NCBI GenBank assembly: GCA_963795125.1
Contig: CAWCGQ010000004.1
Span: forward strand, 701,842-765,841
DNA length: 64,000 bases
From: an uncultured Acidimicrobiia bacterium
Lineage (GTDB): Bacteria > Acidobacteriota > Vicinamibacteria > Vicinamibacterales > UBA2999
Reading direction: 5' to 3'
Part shown: positions 41,903 through 54,842 of the stretch, piece by piece
Layout of the letters: each line of letters opens with the position of its first letter
Numbering within the stretch: the first letter of the stretch is position 1
Notes under the pieces: model-generated
What the model was told of the DNA's origin: nothing
Database searches by the model: none
What the model saw: only the letters and a program-made list of their open reading frames with translations
Program-made: the position numbers and the translations under genes

Positions 41903-43457
41903 TCACCACCGGAAGGCAGTATTGGCGGCGGCCCCGGCGAGTCGCGCGGTCAGGGCACTGGCAACCTGGTGATCGAGATACGGAATATCCACTCGATGCG
42001 AGAACTCGCCGGCGCCGGCCGTATCCACCCGCACGCGCGCCATCGCCGCGCGGCGATCGAACGGGGTCTGATGCAACGCCACTGCCTGGATCTTGTTGAC
42101 GCGCGCGATCGTGATCCGCTGCGAGATCCACCCGCTGCGCATCATCACCACCTCGTCACCCTCGGCCCACCGGAGATGCGCCACATACAGCCGTGTTTTG
42201 ATCACGCCCCATAGCAGCATCACGATCAGCACGCCGATGGCGCCCCAGCCAATCAGCAGCGCCGCAATCGCGGTGGCCAGCGCCGTGAAGATCAGCCACG
42301 GCTTGATCGCGCGCGCAAAGGCGCGCGGATGCACCGGGTGCCACTCTACCGCGCTCAAGTCGAAGCCAGGCACGACCTGCTGCAACAGTTGCGGCAGGGC
42401 GTCCTGCCGAATCAACGGCGCGAGCCATTCTCGAACGTTCGCGGCTTGTTGGGTGCCCGCCCCGCCGGCGGTGGCGACCCGCACCGTTGCGCGCTTCAAC
42501 CACCGGTGGAACGGCCCGGCGTCGATGGTGATCGCCTGCACGCGCCGCATCGGCACCGTGGCCGCCACTTTCGTGAACAGGCCGTACTCGCTGCGCAGAT
42601 CCTCGCCGACGCGGGTCAGGCGAAAATCATACAGACGAACCAGCGCCCAGACCATCGACACCACACGCACCAACACGACAAGGGCCGCAACCATCGCTGC
42701 AGCGATTCCAATGCCCGCGATCGGCAGCGGCCCACCGTCAAGAACCGCCCTGATCAGCTCGCGAACAGTCCCACGGTCGACGTTCGCCCCGACGGCAAAG
42801 GCACCGTCCGAGAGACGGTTGAACACACCCGTCTCCCAGCCGAGTCCGAACGCCGTGCCGATCAGGACCATCCCCTTGTTCTCGAGGAACCCGAACAGCA
42901 GGACCTCGCGGAAAGGAAGATGCAAGAGGACGGGGTGGGTAGGGTGCGGGAGGGCGGCGGTGCCGGGGTGCGACAGGTGCCGGCACGGCTCGCGATCGGT
43001 CGCCGAACACCCTTTCGCGCAGTTCGTGCAGCGCCGACAAGGGAAGAACGCTCAGGCGCGCTTCCTCTTCCTTGCCGCCCCCGGTTTCGACGCGCACTTC
43101 GACCACGCCGAGCAGGCGGTGAACGATGTTCTGGATCGCATCGACGTTCTGAATCCGCGAGAACGGGACGTGACGCTCGCGACGGAAAATCAGGCCCGAG
43201 CGGATCACCAACTCGTGGTCGTCGTAGCGAAGCCGGAACGTCAGGTAGCGAATGACGGAGGCAATCGCGGCGGGAACAAACAGCACCAGCAGCCACGCTT
43301 CCCACCCCGACGGGATGCCGCGGGTCGCGCCCCACGGGCCGCCGGAGGACTGCGACGCGCCGACGATCACCAGCACCGCCGGCACGGCGAAGTTCTTGGC
43401 ATGCTTCACCAGGTCAAACAGCAGGGTCGCCGGATGCAGCCGCTGTTCAGACGGCAT
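41903..43457 (-). CDS. YdbT-like membrane protein with bacterial PH domains; frameshift near 42930-42960
   Basis: RLHPATL, ELVIRSGLIFR..RHVPFSRIQ, VETGGG, VDTAGA. Confidence 0.8.
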
Positions 43458-43962
43458 CGCCTGTCCCCGATGGCAGCAGGTGCTCACGAATACGCAACGC
43501 GCGGCCGTGCTCGAGCCCACCGAGCTCGACCTTCGCGTGGTCGGTGCCCGCGGTGTAGATCACCAGCGTGCCAAGCCCATAGCGGCGCTCGATCGGCCCC
43601 TGCGACACATCGATGTGCTGCACGCGCGACCGCGGCACGTTGATGACGACGCGCCAGTAGACGCCCTTTCGGATCTCGATGCCCTGCTCGTCAACCCGAT
43701 ATGAAGTGTGCTGATACGCGCGCGCGGGCCAGCGATAGGCGTGCCACGCGCCGAACAGCGCCAGCACCAGCCAGAGGCCCGGCAACACGACGCGCAACAC
43801 GCCAGGCATGTCGTCGCTGACCAGCAAGGCGAAACTGACGCCGATGAGGGAGCCGGCAGCGATACCGGCGATGACGATGCCGCCGGCGATCCGCTCGAGC
43901 GGGATGACTTGCGGATCGAGGCGGTGGTCGAGGCCGTCGGCGAAGACACTCGGATCGGTCAC
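43447..43962 (-). CDS. YdbS-like membrane protein with a bacterial PH domain
   Basis: VPRSRVQHIDVSQGPIERRYGLGTLVIYTAG. Confidence 0.85.
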   Translation of the reverse strand: MTDPSVFADGLDHRLDPQVIPLERIAGGIVIAGIAAGSLIGVSFALLVSDDMPGVLRVVLPGLWLVLALFGAWHAYRWPARAYQHTSYRVDEQGIEIRKGVYWRVVINVPRSRVQHIDVSQGPIERRYGLGTLVIYTAGTDHAKVELGGLEHGRALRIREHLLPSGTGDAV

Positions 43963-44078
43963 GGTGTTGATTCTAGATGAATGTCACGTTCATCGATCCC
44001 GCCGCTCATCGACGTGATGGATCTCGAAGCCGTGGCCCTAAGGCCTTCGTTTGCCGCAGTCGAGTCCGGGAAGTGAGC

Positions 44079-44595
<517 letters not shown>

Positions 44596-44607
44596 TTAGA
44601 CGATGGT

Positions 44608-45148
44608 GGCTCAAGGCCTCGGCAGTTCTTGCCGGGCTTCCAAGCACTTCGCGATGCAGAATCTGCGATCGTTCGAGGCCGCAGGGTGTGGGTGCATATA
44701 GCTCGGCGCGGTAATCGCAACGAGTATCTCTCGCCGTTTTCGGCTCATCTCGCCGGGAAAATGTCGCTCGGCTCGTCAACGGATCGTTCGCCTGCGCTCC
44801 ATTTTCCGGGTCACAGCTGCGCGTCGGCTCGTTCAACGAAAACGTCGAGAGACACTCGTTGCACCGCGCCTCGGTTCAGGTCATCTTGCTCGCGCGCCTG
44901 TCTTTGCGGCCACGGCGGCGCTCAAGCACTCGCCGAGTCGTGGCGCCTGGTGATCCCTTTCGGGGTCGCCGGTCAGTTCTGCGATCTTCTCGATCAGGAG
45001 CCTGGTTCGGAGTTCGAGGCTGTCGATGTCGTTCGGGCCTTCCATTTGCGACGACGGTAGCATCGTCGATGGCGACGGCGACCGACCAAAGATCGCGTCG
45101 ATTGCAGATAGGTCAGTTGACTCGCAATCAGCCGTTTGCCGCCCGCCG
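44608..45148. repeat. Duplicated block A1, containing a diverged hairpin core at 44705-44873
   Basis: Colinear and highly similar to 46123-46585, with about 80 extra bp near 44885-44965. Confidence 0.9.
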
Positions 45149-45167
45149 ACCAGGAAGCGCGGGAGGG

Positions 45168-45340
45168 TTTGCCAACGTGAAGATTCGCGCCGGCGACGCG
45201 GTGTTCCTGCGCACAGGGCGCCGGCCGCAGCGCGCCGAGAAGGGGCCGTGGAACGTGGCGAGGAGCTCGGCCGGCTTCCACGCCTCGGTGATGCCGTGGC
45301 TGAAGCAGCGCGACGTGGCGCTGCTTGCAACGACGCTGTC
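45168..45340 (+). pseudogene. Internal fragment of a cyclase (kynurenine formamidase-like) gene
   Basis: VKIRAGDAVFLRTG...KGPWNVARSSAGFHASVMPWLKQRDVALL with no matching start or end. Confidence 0.55.
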
Positions 45341-45399
45341 GACGACCTGCAGCCCTCCTTGGGCGGGACGGGCTTTCCGTTGAATCCGCTCGCGACGTT

Positions 45400-45708
45400 C
45401 TAACTGCGCCCGGCCTCGCGCGCGGCCCATTCCCGGGCCATCGCGAGCATCGCGTCTTTTACTTCAGGCCAGTCGTGCAGTGTGGACGGGTCGAAGTCGG
45501 CGTCGTTGGGCCAGACGAGGGTATGAAACTCCTCGTCGAGTCGAACCGCGTTGAACATGCGCAGGTCCCTCAGCGGACCGAACAATTGCCCCTCGAGCAT
45601 CCCTGAAAAGTCGATTCGGCGCGTCAGTCCATCCTCGAACGAGACCTCGAGTTCATACGGGCCAACGATGGAAAACGCGGTGACGCGATGCAGTGGGCGG
45701 TGTTCCAT
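45400..45708 (-). CDS. DUF2442 family protein (putative antitoxin)
   Basis: LEVSFEDG..RRIDF...G.LFGPL...F..V......TLVWPNDADFDP.TLH. Confidence 0.82.
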   Translation of the reverse strand: MEHRPLHRVTAFSIVGPYELEVSFEDGLTRRIDFSGMLEGQLFGPLRDLRMFNAVRLDEEFHTLVWPNDADFDPSTLHDWPEVKDAMLAMAREWAAREAGRS

Positions 45709-45711
45709 GAT

Positions 45712-45981
45712 TCACATCAGCGGGTCAATCTTGAACGATGGTTGCCCGGATTTCAACAGTTCCCAGTTCGTCACGAGTTCATGCTGATGGATCGTCGCCC
45801 ACGCTTCGACGAGTCGGCGTTGTGGCGCCGGCAGTTCCCCGGCGAGGGCCGCCAGCGTGTCGATGGCAAACACCGCAGACCACTGCTGGTATTTCGCGTG
45901 GAAGTGCGGTCGATGATGTTGAATGTCGCGCTCCGAGAACATGCGGATGACGATTCCATAGAAACGAGAGATCTCGGGCAT
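45712..45981 (-). CDS. DUF4160 family protein (putative toxin)
   Basis: MPEISRFYGIVIRMF...HHRPHFHA.Y...LVEAWA.IHQ.EL..NW...KIDPL. Confidence 0.85.
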   Translation of the reverse strand: MPEISRFYGIVIRMFSERDIQHHRPHFHAKYQQWSAVFAIDTLAALAGELPAPQRRLVEAWATIHQHELVTNWELLKSGQPSFKIDPLM

Positions 45982-46122
45982 GACCCCGAGGTTGCGAAGC
46001 GGATGCCGAAGGCAATCTTCACGATTCCCGAATGAATCGTGACGCGGCACACGGCAGGGTGGCAGATTCTGCTGAGGCCGCCGCACGGTGGTCGCGCAAG
46101 AGTTGCGGCCGACGATTCACCA

Positions 46123-46585
46123 GGCTCAAGGCCTCGGCAATTCTTGCCGGGCTTCCAAGCACTTCGCGATGCAGAATCGGCGATCGTTCCAGCCGCAGGG
46201 GTGTGGGTGCATATAGCTCGGCGCGGTAATCGCAACGAGTATCTCTCGCCGTTTTCGGCTCATCTCGCCGGGAAAATGTCGCTCGGCTCGTCAACGGATC
46301 GTTCGCCTGCGCTCCATTTTCCGGGTCACAGCTGCGCGTCGGCTCGTTCAACGAAAACGTCGAGAGACACTCGTTGCACCGCGCCTCGGTTCAGGTCATT
46401 CATCGCCGGTCAGCTCGACGATCCTTTTGATCAGGAGCCTGGTTCGGAAGTCGAGGCTATCGATGTCGTTCGGGCCTTCCATTTGCGACGAAGGTAGCAT
46501 CGTCGATGGCGACTGCGATCGACCAAAGATCGCGTCGATTGCGGATAGGTCAGTTGACTCGTGATCAGCCGTTAGCCGCCCACCG
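46123..46585. repeat. Duplicated block A2, containing a diverged hairpin core at 46220-46388
   Basis: Second copy of 44608-45148. Confidence 0.9.
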
Positions 46586-46861
46586 TTTAGCCATCGCGGC
46601 GAACTCCGCTTCAACGTTGGGCCAGTCATGCAACGTGGCCGGGTCGAAGTCTGCGCCGTTTGGCCACACCAGCGTATAACCTTCGTCGTCGACCCTCACG
46701 CCGTTGAAGACAGCGAGTTCCTTCAGGGGCCCGAACAGTTTCCCTTCGAGAACCCTCGTGAATTTGATGCGACGCGTCAGACCATCATCGAAGGTGACGT
46801 CGAGCTCGAAGGGGCCGACGATTGAGAACGCCGTCACGCGGTACATCGGATGGTGGTGCAT
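46565..46861 (-). CDS. DUF2442 family protein, second copy
   Basis: Paralog of 45400-45708 (RVTAFSIVGP, TLVWPNGADFDPATLHDWP). Confidence 0.82.
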   Translation of the reverse strand: MHHHPMYRVTAFSIVGPFELDVTFDDGLTRRIKFTRVLEGKLFGPLKELAVFNGVRVDDEGYTLVWPNGADFDPATLHDWPNVEAEFAAMAKRWAANG

Positions 46862-46871
46862 TAGCGGCCCC

Positions 46872-46919
46872 TCACAGCAATGGCCTGATCTTGAAGGATG
46901 GCTGACCGGAATTCAAGAG
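46872..46919 (-). pseudogene. 3' remnant of a second DUF4160 gene
   Basis: Reads LLNSGQPSFKIRPLL*, versus LLKSGQPSFKIDPLM* in the intact copy. Confidence 0.65.
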
Positions 46920-46978
46920 GCGGCGTTGCAGAATCTGCGGCAATCCGTTATCAGGAACGAAGCAAATGGTGCGATCGC

Positions 46979-49900
46979 CTATGCCGTCGCGACCTTTGCC
47001 TGTCGGAAGAAATCAGCCGGCATCGGCCTACGCAATTGCCACACAAATTGGATCGGCCGTTCTTGCTTGTGTGAAACGTAATCGACCGGGCCAAGGAAGG
47101 TGTACGGGACAGTGAGTCCGTCTTGCTTCTTCCGCGACCTCACGAACAGCAGGATGTGACCGCCCAGCTCGCGGTGGTGAATGTAGCGTTGACCGGTTGG
47201 CGACCGTTGCGATGTGGTCGATTGCGACTCCCAGTGGAATTGCAGCGGAGAAATCGCGTAGTCCTTGTAAAGCGTCGACGGCGAGTAGTCGCGTTCAGAC
47301 TTCTCGAGCGTGACGAAGAACAGGTCGGAGTTGGTGGCCTGGTCGCGGTAGGTGCCTTCCCGATGCTGATAGAAATGACCCGGCGTGATGCGTCCGAACG
47401 CCGCAAGGATCTCGACCAGGGAATGGCGCGCGTGAATTTGTAGGGGCGGGTCCGTTGGTCGGCGCCCATGCGCAAGGCGGAAGACCTGCCAGTTCAAGCG
47501 GGTAGGTCACATGGTCGGCGCGTTCCTCCAGCAGACCGAACAACTCAAGCAACTCCTGGACGATTGCCGGATGCGCCTGGATCGCCTGCATGGCCTCCGC
47601 GATGGTCGCTGGTGCTTGACTGCCCCACAGCGTGAAGACGAGGGCTGTGATCAGGCGATCGTCAGCGCTCTCGCCTTTCAGCCACGCTCGATACGCGTCG
47701 AGGCGCACCGGGTCATCGATGTGCAGAAGCCGCTTTAATGCGTCGCCCAGCTCTTGCTCGTTCGGCCCTGCCGGAAGAGTGGGCACGCCGGCTAGGCGAG
47801 CAAGATCGGACCACGAGCCGGACTTGTAGACATCAAGAAGATCGAGCCCGCTCTCTTCGAGAAACTCCTTGAGCCGCGGTGTCCTGCCGCGGAATCGATC
47901 CGAGCTGGCAAGCTCCCGAAGTTCGCGAACCATCGCCGGCCGTTGAGATGGCAGCGCGGTTCGCAGATTCTCGAGGACGATCTCCTTTGCGACTCGGTCC
48001 AACTGCATCGTGGAGCCGGCCGGCAGGAAAGGGAATCCCTGCTCGATCTGTTTGCCCACCTCGATTCGCGATGCGCCGGTAATCGCTCGGTAGCGCAGGT
48101 CGAAGCGGAACTTGCGGTGCGACTGGCCGATGAAGTCCAGCACCGTTACGCAGTCCTTGCCCTCGAATCGGCGCAGGCCGCGACCCAGTTGCTGCATGAA
48201 CACGAGCGCGCTCTCGGTCGGACGCAGGAACAGCAAGGTGTCGACGGCGGGTAGGTCGACGCCCTCGTTGAACAGATCCACGGCAAAGAGCGCGCGCAGG
48301 TGGCCCTTCTGCAGGTCCGCCAAGGCCTTGCGCCGCGTCTCGCTGTCGGTATTTGCCGAAACCGCCTTCGACGGTAAGCCGGCGTCGGTGAAGCGTCGAG
48401 CCATGAACTCCGCGTGCGCAATGCTCACGCAGAATCCCAGCGCTTTCATCGCCGTCACATCGCACAGCTTGTTCTGTAACTGCTGCAGCACCAATCGCAC
48501 GCGCGCATCGTCTCCGGTGTAGAGGCGCTCGAGTTCGCCGACGTCATAGCCCTTCCGCGACCACTCGACGCTGGACAGATCGGTGTTGTCGCTCAGGCCG
48601 AAATACTGAAACGGGCACAGCAGGCCGCGCTCGAGCGCGTCCCAGAGCCGAAGCTCGACTGCAATGTGATTGTCGAAATAGCGAAGGATGTCGGCGCTGT
48701 CGGTGCGCTCTGGTGTCGCGGTCAGTCCGATCAGTTCGCGCGGCTGCAGGTGTTCGAGCAGTCGACGATACGTGGGCGCCGTGGCGTGATGGAACTCGTC
48801 GACGATCACCACCTCGAACGCGTGGGGATCGAGGTTCGCGAGATCGAGATGGTCCAAGCCCTGCACCGAGGCGAACACGTGCCGCCATTCGTCCGGGCGG
48901 TGGCCGTCGACGTAGAGCTCGCCGAAGGCACCATCCTTCAACACCTGCCGGAATGCGCCGAGGCTCTGCCGGAGGATCTCCTGGCGATGTGCGACGAACA
49001 GCAGGCTCGGATCGCCCATTTCGCTGTCGAAGACGCTTAAAGTCGAGCGCCGACACAATCGTCTTTCCTGTGCCGGTAGCAGCGACGACGAGATTGCGAT
49101 GTCGGTTATGACGCGAGCGCTCGACAGCGAGCTTCTCCAGCATTTCGGTCTGGTGAGGCCAGGGCGTGACGTCGAGGAAGTTGAGCGGGAAATCGCCACC
49201 TGAGTCTGAGGGTGGTGCAAGCGCGTTGGTGAGCCGATCGCCATCGCGTGCGGGGTCGTAGTCTTCGTATTCGGGGCTCTGCCAGTAGCTGTCAAAGGTC
49301 GCGTCGAACTTCTCGAGGATGTCGGGCGACGTCACCTGCGAGAGGCGAACATTCCACTCGACGCCGTCGATCATCGCGGACTTCGAGAGGTTGGATGAGC
49401 CAATGTAGGCGGTTGAGTAGCCGGTCAATCGTCGGAACATCCACGCCTTGGCATGGAGGCGCGTGGATTGCGTGTCGTAGGAGACTTTCACCTGCGCGCC
49501 GAGGGCTACCAGCCAGTCAAGCGCCTTCCGTTCGGTGGACCCCGTATAGACCGTCGTGATGACACGTAGAGGACGCCCAGCGCGGCAGTGGTCGCGGATC
49601 TGGTCCTCGAGCACACGGATGCCGTGCCAACGGACGAACGCGCAGAGCAGGTCGATGGAGTCGGCGGATGGAATCTCGTGCTGTAGCGCGTGCGCAAGGC
49701 TCGGCTCGCCGCGCGCGTTCACGAGGAGGTCGGAGTCCGACAGCGGCACAAGCGGCGCGACGATGTCGCGATCCTCCCCGAGTGTGCCGCCAGCTCCTTG
49801 AATCGACCGAAGCTGTTCGACTGGCACTTCGAGCAGGTCGCCAGCCGCACCAAGGCCTTTGATGATTTCGTTGGTGAGTGCGGCCTGAGCCGACTCTCGT

Positions 49901-50103
49901 TGCTCCGCCGGCAGCGAGCGCAGCGCTCGGGCGACGACGCCCGCAATGTGCCGCGCGAGAGTCACGCTCGCTTCGGCGGGGTCTACGGCGCGTTTCCTGA
50001 CCCGCGCCTTGTCGGGTCCGAACTCAAGGAGCTGTGCCTTCAGATCAGCGGTGATGAGGCGCTCGTAGAGACCGAAGGGCAGGTCTTTGTGTCTATCAGC
50101 CAT
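46979..50103 (-). CDS. PLD-nuclease / SF2 helicase / DUF3427-type fusion; frameshifts near 49030 and 47490
   Basis: LHAKAW...YIGSSNLS (HxK), AATGTGKT, DEFHH, GLTATPER, FNEGVD, QQLGRGLR, FHWESQS. Confidence 0.88.
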
Positions 50104-50252
50104 GCCGAAGCGCCGCCAGGTTACTCGAAGGCCCTGGCGTTGTCATTAATACTCAGGGCTCGCCGCCGGAGATTTGACGGGAGCATTCCACTCCGGGAGA
50201 CTCAATTCAGGGCAAGGCGTCAGCACATCGGCGGATACACTACCGATCTCAG

Positions 50253-53200
50253 ATGCGCGTTCTCGACGGCCAACTCGCTCTCTCTCCCTCGGACCTCGCG
50301 AACTTCCTCGCCTGCCGCCACCGCGCGGGCCTCGACCTGGCAGTTGCCAAGAAGCTGCTGACGCGACCGGCACCGACGAACCCATACGCCGCGATCTTGC
50401 AGAAGCACGGCGACGATCACGAGCAGGCGTACGTCCAGTCGCTTCGAGCCCAGGGATCGAGCATTGCGAACGCACGCCCGAGTGATGGGACGCGTCCTGA
50501 TGAATCGACCCGGCTCACGCTGGAAGCGATGAGGGCCGGCGTGGACGTGATTGTTCAGGCGCGATTGCAGTGTGACGACATAGCAGGCTACGCCGACATC
50601 CTCCGCCGTGTTGAAACGCCCAGCGCGCTGGGCGCCTGGTCGTACGAAGCGCACGACACCAAGCTGGCGCGCGAGACCAAGGGGGGCACCATCCTTCAAC
50701 TGTCCGCCTACTCCGACATGCTGGGCGGCATGCAGGGCCGAGTCCCCGAATCCTTCTCGGTCGTCACGCCCGTCGTGGTCGAGGCGTATCGCGTTGCCGA
50801 CTATGCCGCCTACTACCGGATGGTCCGACGGTCGTTGACGGAGGAAGTAGCAAGGGGACACGAGCGTCTCATCTCCGACTACTACCCTGAACCCGTGGAC
50901 GCCTGTCAGGTCTGCGTGTGGGCGGGGAGGTGCGAAGGCCGTCGACGCGCGGATGATCACCTGTCGTACATCGCCAACTCCGGGCGGTCTCATCGCGTCG
51001 AGTTGGTCGCGCAAGGCATGCCGACATTGACCGCCGCGGCGGAGATGGCGGTGCCCGTGACGTTCAAGCCCGCCCGGGGTGCAAGAGAGACCTACGACCG
51101 CATTGGCTGGCCAGGCGCGTGTCCAGCACCAGCAGCGAACCGAGAAGCGACCCATCGTCGAGATGCTGCCGATCGTGGAAGGGGCAGGTTTGCGGCGGCT
51201 GCCCTCGCCCTCAGCCGGCGACCTGTTCTTGGATCTCGAGGGTGCCGCATTCGCTCGAGACGGTGGCCGCGAATATTTGTTCGGCCTCTGGTCGGGAAAT
51301 GAATATCGCGCGTGGTGGGCAGTGGACGATGCGCAAGAGAAGGCGGCGTTCGAAGAAGTGGTCGACCTCATCGAGGAGGTGGCGCAGTCGAGCCCCGGTA
51401 TGCACGTATACCACTTCAATCACTACGAGCCGACCGCCTTCAAAAAGCTCGCCGGCAGGTATGTGACCCGCGTCGAGTCCCTGGACAAGTTGCTTCGTGC
51501 CGAGCGTTTCGTCGACCTCTACCCAATCGTCCGGCAAGCCGTCCGCGCGGGCGTGGAGAGCTACTCCATCAAGCAGATGGAGCAGTACTACGGCTTTACG
51601 CGCCAAGTGGTCCTCGCCAACGTGCGCGAACCGCTCATGGCGGTGGAAATGGCGCTCGAGCATAACGCTGTGGATGCGCTCGCGACAGAGATTCGCGACG
51701 CCGTGCAGGGCTACAACCAAGACGACTGCCGCTCGACCCAGGCTCTTCGTGACTGGCTCGAGAAGCTGCGCACGGAGGCGATTGGCGGCGGAGCAGACGT
51801 GCCGCGCCCAGAGGTGGAAGTCAAAGCGGTACCAGGAGAAGACGGTCGCCCTGCAGAAGCGAGCCGAGGCGGTGCGCGCGCGCATTGTCTCATCCATCTC
51901 GGCCGATGCCGCGGACCCGTCGCACCCGGACCACGCCCAGTGGCTGCTGGCCTATCTCGTGGACTGGCATCGCCGTGAGATCAACGCCGAGTGGTGGGAA
52001 TTTTTCCGGCTCCGTGACCTGCCGGAGGAAGACCTGTTCGACGAGCGCAAGGCCGTCGCCGGACTGAAGTTCGCGGAGTATGTCGGACCGTTCATCGGCA
52101 AGAACGGCAAGCCCACGAGTTCCAGAATCGACCGCTATACCTATCCACCTCAGGACATAGAGATCGGTGAGGGCGACAAGCTCAAGCTGCAGGTCGACGC
52201 GCCGTTCGGCGAGGTGGTGGGCCACGACCGCAGTTTGCGCACACTCGACATCAAGAAGGGTAAGGCTGCCTTCGAGGTTCATCCGGCCGCCGCTTTCGCG
52301 TTCGACGCGTTCGCCACCGACGTGCAACAGGAGGCGGTGATCGCGCTCGGCGAGTCCGAAGACAAGAACATCAGGGAGAGTAGCGCAATGCAGTTGCTCC
52401 TCCGGCGTGCCCCCCGCCTTCGGTCGCAACCGTTCGCGCGACGGGCGAACGAGTCCGAGCAGGACTTTGCCATTCGCATTGTGACCGATCTCGATCGCAC
52501 GACCCTCGCCATTCAGGGACCCCCGGGAGCCGGCAAGACCTACATCGGCGCTCAAATGATCCTGGCGTTGGTTCGCGCCGGCAAGAGAGTTGGTGTCACC
52601 GCCAATAGCCACAAGGTGATCCACAACCTCCTCGCGGATGTTCTGAAGTACAGCAGGCCCGAAGATGGGGTCAAGGTGGCGGCGAAGGGCGACGATGACG
52701 ATGGCGACGCCATTCGAATGGTCGCGGGTAACGAAGCGCCGTTGCAGGAGCTGCTGAGCGGCGACGTCAACGTGCTTGGAGGCACTTCCTGGCTCTGGGC
52801 ACGACCCGAATACGCTGCGGCGGTTGACGTGCTGTTTGTCGATGAGGCCGGGCAAGTCTCGCTGGCGAACGTCCTTGCCGTTTCCCGTGCCGCGAACAGC
52901 ATGGTGCTGCTTGGCGATCCGCAGCAGTTGGCGCAACCCATCAAGGCCAGCCATCCAGATGGAGTCGGTGCATCAGCGCTGGACCACGTGCTGGCGGGCC
53001 ATCAGATCATGCCGCCGGAGCGCGGCATCTTCCTGCCGATCACCTGGCGCATGTCGCCAACGCTGACCGCGTTCACATCGGAACTGTTCTACGAAGGCAA
53101 GCTCACGGCGCGAGAAGGGCTCGGGCGCCAGGTGCTGAGCGGCGTCGAGGCGCTCGCCGGATCGAAGTTGTGGATAATTCCCGTCGATCACGATGGATGC

Positions 53201-53656
53201 CAGAGCGCATCGAATGAAGAGGTTGACGCCGTTATCGCGTTAGTCGAGCGACTGCTGGCGCCAGGTTCGATGTGGGTAGACGAGAAGGGTGAGGCGCGAC
53301 AACTCACCGGCGACGACATCCGCGTCGTCGCGCCGTTCAATGCGCATGTGAACCGGATTGCGGAGAGGATAGGCGCGCTCGTTCAGGTCGGGACGGTCGA
53401 CAAGTTCCAGGGCCAGACGTGCGCCGTGGTCATCTATTCGATGGCGACGTCCCGTCCGGAAGATGCTCCGCGAGGAATGGAGTTTCTCTACAGCCTGAAT
53501 CGGCTCAATGTCGCCACTTCTCGAGCAAGATGCGCCGTGTTTCTCGTCGCGTCGCCGCGACTGCTCGGGCCTGACTGCCGAACGCCAAGACAAATGCGAT
53601 TGGCGAATGCGTTGTGTCGCTACGCGGAAATGGCATCGACGCCGAGCGCTTCATAA
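50253..53656 (+). CDS. TM0106-type RecB-like nuclease / RNase H-like / SF1 (DNA2/NAM7-like) helicase; frameshifts near 51110 and 51835
   Basis: LSPSDL..FLAC.H, YEAHDTKLAR, FLDLEG, YN.DDC, QGPPGAGKT, DEAGQ, TVDKFQGQ, NRLNVATSRA. Confidence 0.88.
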
Positions 53657-53832
53657 AGCCTATTCGACTAAGAAATCCAAGAGCGCCCAGGGGGTCACGG
53701 AGTCGACAGCGCCTGACCTTGAGCGCAAACGACTGGATCGAGCAGCCCGTATCGGGCGAGATCCCGAACGATCTTGCGGTCTGGGATTACCAACGTCTCA
53801 GATGTTGCGTACTTCTTCAGTCTGACGCGTAG

Positions 53833-54758
53833 TTATTCGATTGCCGTCAGCGCCGACTTCGGATGCACCGCGTCCGGATCCTTCACCGCAAACTCCTCCG
53901 GCTTCACCTTGACCCCGTGCCGCGCCGCCCACACGCGCGTGAACTCGGCGCCGAACAGCAGGATCTGACACGAGTAGTAGACCCACAGCAGCAGGATCAT
54001 CATCGACCCCGCCGCGCCGTAGCTCGGCGACGATCGCGCTCTGGCCGAGATACCAGCCGATCACCTGCTGGCCAATCGTGAACAGCACCGCCGTCACCAC
54101 CGCGCCGGTCGTGACGTCGCGCCACCGCAGGCGCACGTCGGGCAGGAAACGGAACAACAACGCGAACAGCCCGGTCGTCACCACGGTGGAGACCAGCGTG
54201 TTGACGATGGTCCACAGCCAGGCGTTGGCGGGCGAGATCGCGAACAGCCACGCGTTGAGCGCGGCGAGCGAGGCCGTCACCGAGAGCGAGACCAGCAACA
54301 GGAAGCCGATCGCCACCACCAGGCCGAACGACCGCAGCCGATCGATCACGAACGCGTAGAGATAGCCGGTCGGCCGCGGCTTCACGCGCCAGATGGTGTT
54401 CAACGCGACCTGCAGCTCGAGAAAGGCGCCGGTGGACGCGATCAGAAATGCGATGCGCGCCGAGCAGCGTGGCGAACGACACCGGACGGACGCCGCGCCG
54501 CCGCCTCGAGCAGGTTCTGCACGGTGAGCGCGCCCTCGCGGCCGACCAGGCGATCGAGCTGGCCGACGATCTCGGCGCGCACCGTCTCGGGACCGAACAC
54601 CATGCCGGCAATCCAGGTCGCCGCCAGCAGGACCGGACCGATCGCAAACAGGGTGTAGAAGGCGAGCGAGGCGCCAAGCCGCGTGCAGTCGTCGTCCCAC
54701 CACGCCCGGGCGGCGCCTCGGAAGGTCCGCAGAACTACGAGCTGCGCGCATCGGCCAT
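53833..54758 (-). CDS. YihY/BrkB family membrane protein; several frameshifts, start uncertain
   Basis: GASLAFYTLFAIGP, LQVALNTIW, LFRFLPDV, spread over several frames. Confidence 0.75.
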
Positions 54759-54842
54759 AGTTGTCGGGTCGCTGGGTTTATTGCCCATCGCTGCACTATT
54801 GAACCCTGGCCGCGGGTCATCGCGCGCTCTACAGTCGTCGCA

